Shown in pieces: positions 8,339-19,056 of a DNA stretch of 64,000 nt; position 1 is the first letter of the stretch, and the number at the start of each line of letters is the position of its first letter. The stretch spans positions 22,774-86,773 of the forward strand of contig CAVSQV010000006.1 in the NCBI GenBank assembly GCA_963730155.1, read 5' to 3'. The DNA is from an uncultured Acidobacteriota bacterium. GTDB taxonomy: Bacteria > Acidobacteriota > Thermoanaerobaculia > Multivoradales > JBCCEF01. The translations under genes were made by a program, and so were the position numbers. The notes beneath the pieces are model-generated. The model saw only the letters and a program-made list of their open reading frames with translations, was not told where the DNA came from and made no database searches.

Positions 8339-9595
8339 TCAGAAGCGCGACAGATCGCGCCCGAACAGGCGACCCTTGAACCAGTCGAAGAGGACCTTGA
8401 CTTTGTTGGCCCAGCCGACCAGCTTGGTCAGGTAGACCGAGCGCCAGAACAGCCACGCCGAGCGCCCCGACCACTTGGCCTGCGGCAGGTCGGCGAGCGC
8501 CTCTCCCGCGCCGATGTAGGCGAGCATGCCGAACGACCGATACCGGAAGGGCCCGACCGGCCGGCCCCGGCGCTGCCGCTCCAGGCTGCGAGCGAGGTAC
8601 TTGCCCTGCTGCTGGGCAACCTGGGCGGTGGCGGCGAGCGGCTTGTCGGCGACCGCGGCGCAGTCGCCGAGGGCGTAGACGTCGTCGTGACCGGCCAGGC
8701 GCAGCCGGCGGTCGACGACCAGCCGCCCGCGCTCGGTCTTCTCGGCGTCGAGCTTCTCGATCAGCGGCACCGGCGCGTTGCCGCCGGCCCAGAGCACGAG
8801 ACCGCAGTCGATCGCCTCGCCGCCCTGGAGGCAGACCCGTCCCGGCTCGACCCGGGTCACCGGCGTCTCGGTGCGCACCTCGACCCCCTCGCGGGCGAAG
8901 TGCTTCTGGGCATAGCCCGAGAGCGCCTCGTCGAACCCGGTGAGGAGCCGCGGCAGCGCCTCGACCAGGATCACCCGGGCGCGCGGCGCGAGCTCCGGAT
9001 GAGCGCGGGCGAGCTCGCGCTCGAGGAGATCGTGGACCTCGGCGGCCACCTCGACTCCCGTGGCACCGCCGCCGCAGATCACGAAGGTCAGCCTCCGCGC
9101 CACCTCGTCGTCGGCGATACCGGGAAGGTCGGCGGCGGCGAAGCAGTCGAGGATGCCCTTGCGCACGGCTCGGGCGTCCTCGACCGTCTTGAGCTTGAGG
9201 GTGTGCTCTGCCACGCCCGGGATGCCGAGATCGGCCACCCCGGTGCCGACCGCGATCACCAGCAGGTCGTACGGCACCTCGAAGCGGTCCTCCCCCACCG
9301 CGGCCCGGCAGGCGACGCGCCTGGCCTGCCAGTCGATTCCGGTCGCCTCGGCCTCGACTACGCGCATGCGCCTGAGCCGGCGGTAGGCCGGCTCGAGGAT
9401 GCTCCGGAACTCGACGGTGCCGACGGTCGCTGAGGCGAGCAGCGGGTAGAAGAGGAAGTAGTTGCGGGGGGAGATCAGCGTGGCGTCCCAGTGCCGCGGG
9501 TCGAGCCGGGAGAGCAGCGAGAAGCCGCCGAAACCGCAGCCGAGGACGACCAAGCGAGGCCTGCGGTCGCTCGCGCTGGCGGTCGAGGTGCTCAT
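8339..9595 (-). CDS. ndh: Type II NADH:quinone oxidoreductase
   Basis: VVLGCGFGG, ICGGGATGVEVAAE, VYALGDCA, ATAQVAQQQG, GMLAYIG motifs. Confidence 0.88.
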   Translation of the reverse strand: MSTSTASASDRRPRLVVLGCGFGGFSLLSRLDPRHWDATLISPRNYFLFYPLLASATVGTVEFRSILEPAYRRLRRMRVVEAEATGIDWQARRVACRAAVGEDRFEVPYDLLVIAVGTGVADLGIPGVAEHTLKLKTVEDARAVRKGILDCFAAADLPGIADDEVARRLTFVICGGGATGVEVAAEVHDLLERELARAHPELAPRARVILVEALPRLLTGFDEALSGYAQKHFAREGVEVRTETPVTRVEPGRVCLQGGEAIDCGLVLWAGGNAPVPLIEKLDAEKTERGRLVVDRRLRLAGHDDVYALGDCAAVADKPLAATAQVAQQQGKYLARSLERQRRGRPVGPFRYRSFGMLAYIGAGEALADLPQAKWSGRSAWLFWRSVYLTKLVGWANKVKVLFDWFKGRLFGRDLSRF

Positions 9596-9676
9596 GGCTA
9601 GCCGAGCCCCGAGGCGGGGGCCCGACTCAACCTACCAGGGTGCGTCGACGGTAGTCCAGTCAGACAGACGCGCGGT

Positions 9677-11077
9677 TCAGGTCTGGGAACCCTTGAGCCA
9701 GGCGGAAGGCTGGAACCGGAGCGTGGGATCGGAAGCGGCGCGGCGCAGGTAGGCCGAGAGCTCCTCGACGAGTTTCGCCGAGAGCTCCTCGCGCTGCACC
9801 GCCTCCTTGAAGATGAGCAGGGCCGCGATCGCTTCGCGGTGGATGCGGTGGGAGGTGAACACCGGCAGCATCGCCGCTGCCAGCTCACGGACCTCGGCGT
9901 GACGGTTCTCCTCGCTGAGCAACGCGGCGAGATCGAGGCCGACGAGAGCGGCATCGAAGTCGAGCCTTTCGGCGAGCATGCCGTGGAAGGCCGAGCGAAA
10001 CCTGGACTCCGCTTTCTCGACCCGACCCAGGCCGTGCAGGATCATGGCCTCAACATACTCGAGCCTAATGAGGTCGATCGGGTAGTCGCGATCCAGACAA
10101 AGTGTTCGGACGCCGTCCAAACCCGCAGCAGCCTCCTGAAAACGGCCGGCTTTCGTCAGCGCGACAAGGATATTCTGCTGTACGACGAAGAGGAGACGGG
10201 GCTCCGTGCTCGGCTCGAGGAGTCGTTGCGCTTGCAGCAGCAAGGGCAGCGCTGCTTCGGGTTGGTCCTGGTCTGAATAGCACAGAGCCTTCTGGATCAA
10301 CGCCACGCCGTGGAGGTGACGTTGGCCGACTCTTCGAGCGATCGAGATCGTCCGATCCAAGAGGCGCTTCGCCCGCTCGAACTGTCGCCGGTCGTGCCAC
10401 ATCGAGGCTTGGAGGCTGAGGAGCCCGGCTCGCTCCACCGGATCGCCAGTACCGTGGCACAGCAGATCCTCTGCTGCGTTGAATGCCTGCTCCGACTCCC
10501 GAAACCTCTCCTGGAGACGCAGGACGTTACCCCACTCGCTCCAGGCTCGGCCGCGGAGATCCTGAAGCCGAGCGCTGCCGTAGCGCTCTGGATCGAGCAG
10601 TCCACTGATCAGGATCGCGAGCCGAGCCAAGTGGTCCGCTTCCTCGGGATCACGCTGACAAAGGCGCCGAGCCCTCTCCAACAGTGCCTCGACAAGGGGC
10701 CAAGCCTGGAAGCGCGAGCTGTTGCTGGCCAATACCTCTTGGCGTGGGCGAGGATGTCGCTCCAGCTCGCGAAGCAAGGAGGGGACACTCGCCGCCTCTT
10801 CCGTCAGACTGGCGTGATGCCGCTGCACCACTCTCCCCACTCGCGCGAAGGCTGTCGAGTAATTCATGGAATCGCCCGAAGCCGCCGCATCTCCTCGCGC
10901 TTCTTCGGCCGGCGAGATCGGTTCGGAATCTGATGGCTGGACGATCCGCGTTAGGGCCCCTTGACAGAGCTTACAGCCGCGAAGCAGGTGCTTGACAATC
11001 TCTCCGGTTTCTTCCGGGTTCGCCATCCCCCGCCGAAAACGGGCGAGCGCTTCACGCAAGGGAAGGGAGTGCCTCAC
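9677..11077 (-). CDS. Soluble protein with N-terminal zinc-finger anti-sigma (ZAS/zf-HC2-like) domain and TPR repeats
   Basis: GTG start overlaps the sigma stop (GTGA) with GAGGG RBS. H..ARFRRG..EIVKHLLRGCKLC motif. TPR-like helices (WGNVLRLQERFRESEQAF, GRFQEAAAGL, LGRVEKAESRF). No TM segment seen. Confidence 0.8.
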   Translation of the reverse strand: MRHSLPLREALARFRRGMANPEETGEIVKHLLRGCKLCQGALTRIVQPSDSEPISPAEEARGDAAASGDSMNYSTAFARVGRVVQRHHASLTEEAASVPSLLRELERHPRPRQEVLASNSSRFQAWPLVEALLERARRLCQRDPEEADHLARLAILISGLLDPERYGSARLQDLRGRAWSEWGNVLRLQERFRESEQAFNAAEDLLCHGTGDPVERAGLLSLQASMWHDRRQFERAKRLLDRTISIARRVGQRHLHGVALIQKALCYSDQDQPEAALPLLLQAQRLLEPSTEPRLLFVVQQNILVALTKAGRFQEAAAGLDGVRTLCLDRDYPIDLIRLEYVEAMILHGLGRVEKAESRFRSAFHGMLAERLDFDAALVGLDLAALLSEENRHAEVRELAAAMLPVFTSHRIHREAIAALLIFKEAVQREELSAKLVEELSAYLRRAASDPTLRFQPSAWLKGSQT

Positions 11078-11607
11078 TCGTCCCTCGAGCTTCGGAGGAA
11101 CCCCACACTCATGAGTTCCCGGCTCAATGCAGAGAGGCACCGGTTGGTGATCTTGCGGATGCTCGAGGGTTGGTAGCCCATCTTCTCGGCCACCTCCGAC
11201 GGCCCGTAGCCAAGGCCGTAGCGGAGCCGAAGGAGTCGCTGGCAGCGCTCCGGCAGCCGCACCATCACCCTCTGGAGGTCGTGGGAGAGCTCTGTCTTCG
11301 GCTGCGCCGGCCGCTGCGGCTCCGACAAGAGGTCCAGAATGGCGGCGTCCACCGCTTCGCACACGCGTCCCCGACGCTTGCGCCAGTAGACGATGCACTT
11401 CTTCCGGACCGTGCCGATCAGCCATGCTTCGGGGCTCTGGACCCTGTCCCACTTGTAGAGCAACGTGAGCTGCGAGTCCTGGAGGATGTCCTCGGCGTCT
11501 TCCGGAGGGACATCGTAGTGGCGGAGAACTCGCTCAAGGCTCGGGCGTACCTTGAGCAGCAACTGGTTGAGAGGCTCCCGGAGCTCCGGGCGATCCAGCG
11601 TCGACAT
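11074..11607 (-). CDS. ECF sigma-70 factor (paralog 1)
   Basis: Region 2 EDAEDILQD..PEAWLIGTVRKKC. Region 4 LPERCQRLLRLRYGLGYGPSEVAEKMG. Confidence 0.9.
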   Translation of the reverse strand: MSTLDRPELREPLNQLLLKVRPSLERVLRHYDVPPEDAEDILQDSQLTLLYKWDRVQSPEAWLIGTVRKKCIVYWRKRRGRVCEAVDAAILDLLSEPQRPAQPKTELSHDLQRVMVRLPERCQRLLRLRYGLGYGPSEVAEKMGYQPSSIRKITNRCLSALSRELMSVGFLRSSRDE

Positions 11608-11638
11608 AGAGGATGGGTTCCTATGCGCTCAGATGCAT

Positions 11639-11667
11639 AGGTTATCATCCAAGACGAGACGTGTCCA
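11639..11667 (-). promoter_or_regulatory. Putative sigma70-type promoter of ECF paralog 1
   Basis: TGGACA-N17-TAACCT with extended -10 TGn. Same hexamers upstream of paralog 2. Confidence 0.6.
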
Positions 11668-11750
11668 GCAGCACCACCTGCCGTAAGCGAGCCGCCGCTC
11701 GGGGCGATCACGATCGGTCCCCGGTGTCGTTGGCCCAGGGGTGGCACGGC

Positions 11751-12056
11751 TTATCCATTAGGATCCGTCCCTGGTCCGTTTTCTCCCCCACCGCCACTGC
11801 TATTCGTCGAGTTTCCGGTGCCAGTGCTGCCTGCCGGAGGAGGAGCCGCTGTCGCCCCCTCGTCGCTCCCAGTCAGCCCGAACACCGAGCCGACCCACGC
11901 CCAGAAGCCCCACCACACCTCACCCATGCCGGAGACCCCGGCCGTGGACTCACCTCGATCTTGCTCTACGGGAACGGCGGCGAAGGAGACACTAGGTACG
12001 CAAAAGACAACCACGATGGCCACAGCCGCGGCCAACCTCCGCACGATCTTCGACAT
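11751..12056 (-). CDS. Small secreted protein / putative signalling pro-peptide (101 aa) ending GPGTDPNG
   Basis: GGGAGG RBS. Sec signal MSKIVRRLAAAVAIVVVFCVPSVSFA. Trp-rich amphipathic helix VWWGFWAWVGSVF. G/S/T linker, then ENGPGTDPNG-stop. Confidence 0.8.
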   Translation of the reverse strand: MSKIVRRLAAAVAIVVVFCVPSVSFAAVPVEQDRGESTAGVSGMGEVWWGFWAWVGSVFGLTGSDEGATAAPPPAGSTGTGNSTNSSGGGGENGPGTDPNG

Positions 12057-12222
12057 GAGACCTCCCCATGGCAGCCGACACATAAGAATCTGACAGGCGT
12101 TTGAGAACGCCCCCGCTCTACAACGCAGGTGCTTCGCTGTGACGAAACCGGGACGACTTTTTGTCTAAGCCGGCGACGGGCGACCCGAGGAAGGTAACGC
12201 TCGCGTCAGCAGGGCCGTGTCC

Positions 12223-12825
12223 TCAGTCTTCGCCGAGGTCGCTGCGGTAGCCCAGGGCGGTGAGCTGGCGGGTGAGGCGGGAGAGGCAGCGGCTGGTCAC
12301 CTTGCGCACGCTGGACGGCTGGTAGCCGAGCGCGGCGGCGACTTCCGCGGGTTTGTAGCCGAGGCCGTAACGGAGCCGCAGCAGGGATCGGCAGCGCTCG
12401 GGGAGCTGGCCGAGCACCCGCTCGAGGTCGTGTCGCAGCAGCGCCTTGCTCTGGCGCGGCGCTTCCGGCTGGGCCAGCAGGTCGAGGATGGCCAGGTCGA
12501 CGCTTTCGCAGACCTGCGACCGGCGCCGCCGCCAGTAGATGATGCAGCGGTTGCGGACGGTGGCGAGCAGCCAGGCTTCCGGGTTGTAGATCGACTTCTG
12601 CTTGTAGACCAGGTCGAGGAAGGACTGCTGGAGGATGTCCTCGGCGTCCTCGACCGGCACGCGGTAGCGTGCGAGCACCCTGCGGAGCTTGGGCTGGAGC
12701 TTCTGGACGATGGTCTCGAAGCAGAACTCCTCGCGCGGTTCCTGGGCGCCGTCCGCAGCGGTCTCCTCAGCGCCAGTGGCCGGCACCTCCGGAAGGTCGG
12801 CGGAGGGTTTCGGAGAGAGGCTCAT
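12223..12825 (-). CDS. ECF sigma-70 factor (paralog 2)
   Basis: EDAEDILQQ..PEAWLLATVRNRC and LPERCRSLLRLRYGLGYKPAEVA. Aligns collinearly with paralog 1. Confidence 0.9.
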   Translation of the reverse strand: MSLSPKPSADLPEVPATGAEETAADGAQEPREEFCFETIVQKLQPKLRRVLARYRVPVEDAEDILQQSFLDLVYKQKSIYNPEAWLLATVRNRCIIYWRRRRSQVCESVDLAILDLLAQPEAPRQSKALLRHDLERVLGQLPERCRSLLRLRYGLGYKPAEVAAALGYQPSSVRKVTSRCLSRLTRQLTALGYRSDLGED

Positions 12826-12848
12826 ATATGCCGGAAAATTCGGAGAGC

Positions 12849-12878
12849 AGGTTACCACTACCCGATGTCGCTTGTCCA
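12849..12878 (-). promoter_or_regulatory. Putative sigma70-type promoter of ECF paralog 2
   Basis: TGGACA-N18-TAACCT with extended -10 TGn. Confidence 0.6.
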
Positions 12879-12928
12879 GCCTTGTTTCGGGCCTCGCGCG
12901 GTGACGAAGCCGGCGCGCCTGCCGCGGC

Positions 12929-14107
12929 TCACCGGAGGGCGGCCGCCGGCGGCGCTCCCAGGCGCGCGACCGTTCGCAGTTCCTCCGCGCGGTGAGTCCG
13001 CTCCCAGACCAGCTCCGGTTCATCGCGGCCGAAATGCCCGAAGGCGGCGGTCTGGCGGAAGATCGGACGCCGGAGCTGGAGGTAGTCGATGATGCCACGC
13101 GGCGACAGGGGGAACTGCTCGTGGATCAGGTCCTCGATCGCGCGGTCGGGCATCTCGCCGGTGCCGAAGGTCTCGACGTGGATCGACACCGGCTCGGGCA
13201 CGCCGATGGCGTAGGCGATCTGCACCTCGATCCGCTCCGCGATGCCGGCCGCGACCAGGTTCTTCGCCACGTGGCGCGCCATGTAGCTCGCCGAGCGGTC
13301 GACCTTGGTCGGGTCCTTGCCGGAGAACGCGCCGCCGCCGTGGCTGCCGACGCCGCCGTAGGTGTCGACGATGATCTTGCGCCCGGTCAGGCCGCAGTCG
13401 CCCTGCGGGCCGCCGATGACGAACCGGCCGGTCGGGTTGATGTGGTAGACGGTGGCGCTGTCGAGCATCTCGGCCGGGATCACCGGCCGCACGATCGACT
13501 CGATCACCCCGCGCCGGATCTCGGGAAGGTCGATCGCCGCGTCGTGCTGGGTCGACACCACCACCGTGTGGATCCGCACCGGGGTCGCGCCGCGGTACTC
13601 CACCGTCACCTGGCTCTTGCCGTCGGGCCGCAGCCAGGGCAGCTCGCCGCTGCGCCGCGCGTCGCGCAGGCGCCGGGCCAGGCCGTGAGCGAGCACGATC
13701 GGCAACGGCATGAGCTGCGGCGTCTCGCGGCAGGCGTAGCCGAACATCAGGCCCTGGTCGCCGGCGCCGCCGCTGTCGACGCCCATCGCGATGTCCGGCG
13801 ACTGCGGGTCGATCGCCGACAGCACCGCGCAGCTTTCGCTGTCGAAGCCGTACTCCGGCCGGTCGTAGCCGATCTCGCGCACCGTGCGCCGGGCGACCGC
13901 GGCGAAGTCGACCATCGCCTTGGTCGTGATCTCGCCGGCGAGGAAGACCATGCCGGTGGTCACCAGCGTCTCGCAGGCCACCCGGCCGGTCGGGTCTTGG
14001 CGCAGCACCTCGTCGAGGATGGCGTCGGAGATCTGGTCGGCGATCTTGTCGGGATGGCCGTCCGTGACCGACTCGGAGGTGAACAGATGGGTGTCGCGGG
14101 TGGTCAT
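12929..14107 (-). CDS. metK: S-adenosylmethionine synthetase
   Basis: [35 protein letters not shown]. Confidence 0.97.
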   Translation of the reverse strand: MTTRDTHLFTSESVTDGHPDKIADQISDAILDEVLRQDPTGRVACETLVTTGMVFLAGEITTKAMVDFAAVARRTVREIGYDRPEYGFDSESCAVLSAIDPQSPDIAMGVDSGGAGDQGLMFGYACRETPQLMPLPIVLAHGLARRLRDARRSGELPWLRPDGKSQVTVEYRGATPVRIHTVVVSTQHDAAIDLPEIRRGVIESIVRPVIPAEMLDSATVYHINPTGRFVIGGPQGDCGLTGRKIIVDTYGGVGSHGGGAFSGKDPTKVDRSASYMARHVAKNLVAAGIAERIEVQIAYAIGVPEPVSIHVETFGTGEMPDRAIEDLIHEQFPLSPRGIIDYLQLRRPIFRQTAAFGHFGRDEPELVWERTHRAEELRTVARLGAPPAAALR

Positions 14108-14191
14108 TCTCGACTCGCCTCTCGCTGGGATGGCCGACGGATCCAGGCGGGGAAACGCCTGCCGCGGGCCGCGGATGTTAGCACAGCGGTC

Positions 14192-14803
14192 TCACAGGCC
14201 GGCGGCGGCGCGGCGCCCCGAAAGCACGCCGTAGAACAGGGTCGAGAGGGCGTGGAAGGTCGCCTCCGAGGTCGCCGCGCGTCGGTCCTCGGCGCCGCCG
14301 GTGAGGGCGCTGATCATGCCGCCGCCGCGGCGCGTACCGGGGACCGACCCCGGCCCGCCGGAGGCGCCGACGCCGGTGACCAGCCCCTCGGGGAGCTGGA
14401 TCGAGCCGCTGGACCCACACGCCTCGCCCAGCGGGCAGCGCACCGCCGCCCAGCAGCGGATGAAGAAGCGCAAGCCGCCGTCGATCTCGATCGGATGGAG
14501 CCCGCCGTCGCTCGCGACCACGAAGTCGTAATCGCCGCCGACCCGGCGCGCGACCTCGTCGAGCCGGCCGCGCACCCGCGCCAGCGCCTCCTCGTCGCTC
14601 ACCGGCAGCCCGCTCGGGGTCACCTCCACCGGCTGGGGCACCACCGCCACCGGCAATGGCCCCCCTGCCCGATGCCCGGCGACCGCGCCGAAGTAGCGGT
14701 GAAAGCCGTCGCGCACGCCGAGGAGCTGCGCCGGCGCGGTTCCGGCGACCGCCACCGACCCGCCGCTTTGGAGTCGGCGCCAGAAGTCCCTAAGATCGCT
14801 CAC
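14192..14803 (-). CDS. YjjX/DUF84-like non-canonical purine NTP phosphatase (divergent)
   Basis: [43 protein letters not shown] match the YjjX fold. GTG start inferred. Confidence 0.7.
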   Translation of the reverse strand: MSDLRDFWRRLQSGGSVAVAGTAPAQLLGVRDGFHRYFGAVAGHRAGGPLPVAVVPQPVEVTPSGLPVSDEEALARVRGRLDEVARRVGGDYDFVVASDGGLHPIEIDGGLRFFIRCWAAVRCPLGEACGSSGSIQLPEGLVTGVGASGGPGSVPGTRRGGGMISALTGGAEDRRAATSEATFHALSTLFYGVLSGRRAAAGL

Positions 14804-15628
14804 TATGATTACCAGCCCGCGCAACGAGAGGCTGAAGGATATGCGCCGCCTGCGCCGGAGTAAAGGCGACCGGGCGCTGCTCGAGGGACCCCATCTCGTC
14901 GGCGAGGCGCTCGACGCCGGGGTAGCGCTGGAGCTGGTCCTCGCCACTCCCGAGATGCTCGCCGGCGACGAGGGTCGGCGGCTCGCCGCCCGCCTCGCCG
15001 CTCCGCCGCTCGAGGTCGCCGGCGAGGTATTGGCCACCCTCGCCGACGCCGACTCGCCGCGCGGGATGGCGGCGATCGCCCGCCTGCCGCGCTCCGGGGC
15101 CGCCTCGCTGCCGGTGGGCGCCGACGGCGTCGGCGGCGTCTATCTCTACCTCGACGGGCTCCAGGACCCCGGCAACCTGGGCGCGCTGGCGCGGGTCGCC
15201 GAGGCCGCCGGCGCGGCCGGCCTGGCGCTCGGGCCGGGTACGGTACATCCCAACCACCCGCGCGCGCTGCGCGGGTCGGCCGGGAGCCTCTTGCGGCTGC
15301 CGGCGGCGGTCGGGGTGACGCCGGACGATCTCGACCGGCGGCTCCGCGAGGGCGGCGCCGAGCCCCACTGGATCGCGCTCGCGACCCGCGGCGGCGCATC
15401 GCTCTGGTCGGACGATTGGGCGGGGTCGCCTGCCGTGGGCGGCGCGGGCGGCCCGCTGGTGCTCGCGGTCGGCGCCGAGGGCCCCGGACTGTCGCCGGAC
15501 CCCGCGGCGCGAGCGGCGGCGGCGGTGACGATCCCGCTGGCGCCGCCCGTCGAGTCGCTCAACGCCGTCGTCGCCGCCGCGCTGGTGCTCTTCGAGCTGC
15601 GCCGGCGGGCGGCGGCCGGCGCCCACGG

Positions 15629-16751
<1,123 letters not shown>

Positions 16752-16755
<4 letters not shown>

Positions 16756-17217
16756 GTCTGGTCTCCTGCCGCCGGTTTCGCGGCCGCGCTCGTCCCGGCG
16801 GCCGCTCCGGGCCGCCGCCCTTCATGTCGACGCTGCCGCTGAAGAAGGCGCCCTCGGCGATCACCACCCGCGGCGCCGCGAGGTCCCCCTCGGCGACACC
16901 GGACGGCGGCCATCTCGACCCGCTCGGAGGCGGCGACGTCGCCCGATCGACCCGGCCGGCGATCTCGCACCACCCGGGCCTCGACGTCGCCCTCGACGCA
17001 GCCCCCGGCGCCGACGACGACCGCGGCCTCGACCTGCACCGCGCCGTCGACCTCGCCCTCGACCAGCAGCTCGGTCGGCGCCCAGCACCTCGCCCTTCGA
17101 TGCGGGTGCCGGCGGCGATGCGGGTGGCGGCAACGCGCCCGGCGGGCGGCGGTGCGGAGCGGCCGGGGGGCGGTCGGCGGTCGGCGGTCCGGGGTCGTCG
17201 CGGCGGAAGATGGCCAA
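16752..17217 (-). CDS. Bactofilin (polymer-forming cytoskeletal protein), frameshifted
   Basis: MAIFRRDD N-terminus, [42 protein letters not shown]. Confidence 0.8.
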
Positions 17218-17394
17218 GCGCGGACTCCGTTCAGCGCCGCCGGCGGCGCGGTGGGCGGCGGTAGATCGATCGGGTCGCGTCGATCGGGTAGGCCGTCCGC
17301 CCTTGGTCGTCTGGATCGCCCGTCTGTATCGCCCTGCGGGAGACGGCGGGATCGCCGGGCCGCGCGCCACCGGGCGGCGGATCGTCGAGCGAAC

Positions 17395-17470
17395 TGGAGC
17401 GGGCAACGGGACTCGAACCCGCGACATCAAGCTTGGGAAGCTTGCACTCTACCAACTGAGTTATGCCCGC
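17395..17470 (-). tRNA. tRNA-Gly(CCC)
   Basis: GCGGGCATAACTCAGTTGGTAGAGTGCAAGCTTCCCAAGCTTGATGTCGCGGGTTCGAGTCCCGTTGCCCGCTCCA: full cloverleaf, anticodon CCC, encoded CCA. Confidence 0.97.
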
Positions 17471-17660
17471 TCGTCTCGGTTACGAGCGCGGTGCAATCTA
17501 GCCGACGGCCGGCACGGTCAAGGCCGTGCGCGGTCAACGGTCGCGCGGCGGCTGCGCATCGTCGGACGGCTATACGGCGCCATGGAGGTCCAGGCAAGCT
17601 GCCACGCCGGACCCCCTTCAGCGGACTGCCGTCGGTCTCGTCCCGGCTACTACGGAGCGC

Positions 17661-17952
17661 ACGGCTCGGAAGCGCTACGGCCTCCGACCGCCGCGCGAGC
17701 GAGCCGCTCTACTTCTTCCCCGAGCACGAAGGTGACCGACGGCGAGCTGCGCGCGATCCTCCTGCGCCACGGCACCGCGCGACGCAGCGCGCCTGGGCCA
17801 TCTCCCACCTGCTGCGCTACGCGCAGTGGGACGACATCTGGACCTACGTCACCCGCGACGAGGTCCGCGAGATCTTCCCCGATCTCGACCTGCCCGAGAA
17901 CCTCCGGCAGGCCTGGGGCCGGATGCTCAAGGTCGAGATCGCCGTCGGCTAG
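17661..17952 (+). CDS. Small hypothetical protein, frameshifted, start uncertain
   Basis: Protein-like segments [61 protein letters not shown] precedes an ACG (possible ATG error). Confidence 0.55.
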
Positions 17953-17966
17953 TCGCCTGCACGCGG

Positions 17967-19007
17967 TCAGCTCCGCCCATCAACGAGGCCGCCGAGCGCC
18001 GCCGAGCGGCCGACGCCCTCGCCGCGTTGCTGGCCGGCCGAGGGCGCGGCACGGCGGCGAGCACGCGCTCGGCGAGCCGGCTGAACGGCAGCGACTGCAG
18101 CCAGATCCGGCCCGGGCCGGTCAGCGTGGCGAAGAACAGGCCCTCGCCGCCGAAGAGCGCGGTCTTGATCCCCGAGCACCATCTGGATGTCGTAGCTGCA
18201 CCGCGCTGCTCGAAGCGCGACCAGGCAGCCGGTGTCGACGCGCAGCGTCTCGCCCGCCGCGAGCTCGCGCGTCGACGATGCGTGCCGCCGGCGTGGACGA
18301 AGGCGAGGCCGTCGCCCTCGAGCTTCTGCAGGATGAAGCCCTCGCCGCCGAACAGGCCGGCGCCGAGCTTGCGGTGGAACGCGATGCCGACCGAGATCCC
18401 CTTGGCGGCGCACAGGAAGGCGTCCTTCTGGCAGAGCAGCGTGCCGCCGTGCTGCGCAGGTCGACCGGGATGATCGTGCCCGGGTAGGGCGCGGCGAAGG
18501 CGACCTTCTGGCGCGTCCGGCCTGCGTTGCCGAAGACGGTCATGAACAGCGACTCGCCGGTCAGCACCCGCTTGCCGGCGGAGAGGAGCTTGCCCATGAA
18601 GCCGCCGCCGCTCGTCCTGCGCCGGAGCCGTCGCCGAAGATGGTCTCCATCTGGATGCCCGGGGTCCATGTAGATGAAGGCGCCGGCCTCGGCGATGCAG
18701 GCCTCGCCCGGATCGAGGGTGATCTCGACGTACTGCATCTCCTCGCCGAAGATCTCGTAGTCGATCTCGTGCGCGGCTGGACGGCCCGCCCGGCGGCGGG
18801 GGCGGCGGCAGCGGCACGGCGCCGCGCGAACGCCTCGGCGAACTCGGCGCGCGAGCCGATCGGCGCCCAGCCGTCCATCCCCTGACGAAAGACGTGGGCG
18901 CTCGGATCGACGCCGCCGGCGCGCGCCCGGCGTACCACCTCGTCCTCGCTCATCGGGCCTTCCTGCTGTCCGCGGACGGAGATCCACCACAGGTTCGACT
19001 CGGTCAT
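17967..19007 (-). CDS. AIM24/TIGR00266 family protein with N-terminal GYF_2 domain, frameshifted
   Basis: [23 protein letters not shown] (GYF_2). [60 protein letters not shown]. Confidence 0.85.
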
Positions 19008-19056
19008 CGCGACCTCCTGGTTTCTTCGCTGTCGGTTTCGCTCTCGTGGAATCCGG

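Noticed and set aside
11751-12056. RiPP precursor
   Set aside because: No adjacent modifying enzymes or dedicated exporter. It has a Sec-type signal and regulatory neighbours instead.
17395-17470. tRNA-Gly as an integration site for a mobile element
   Set aside because: No integrase or duplicated tRNA 3' end was seen in the window.
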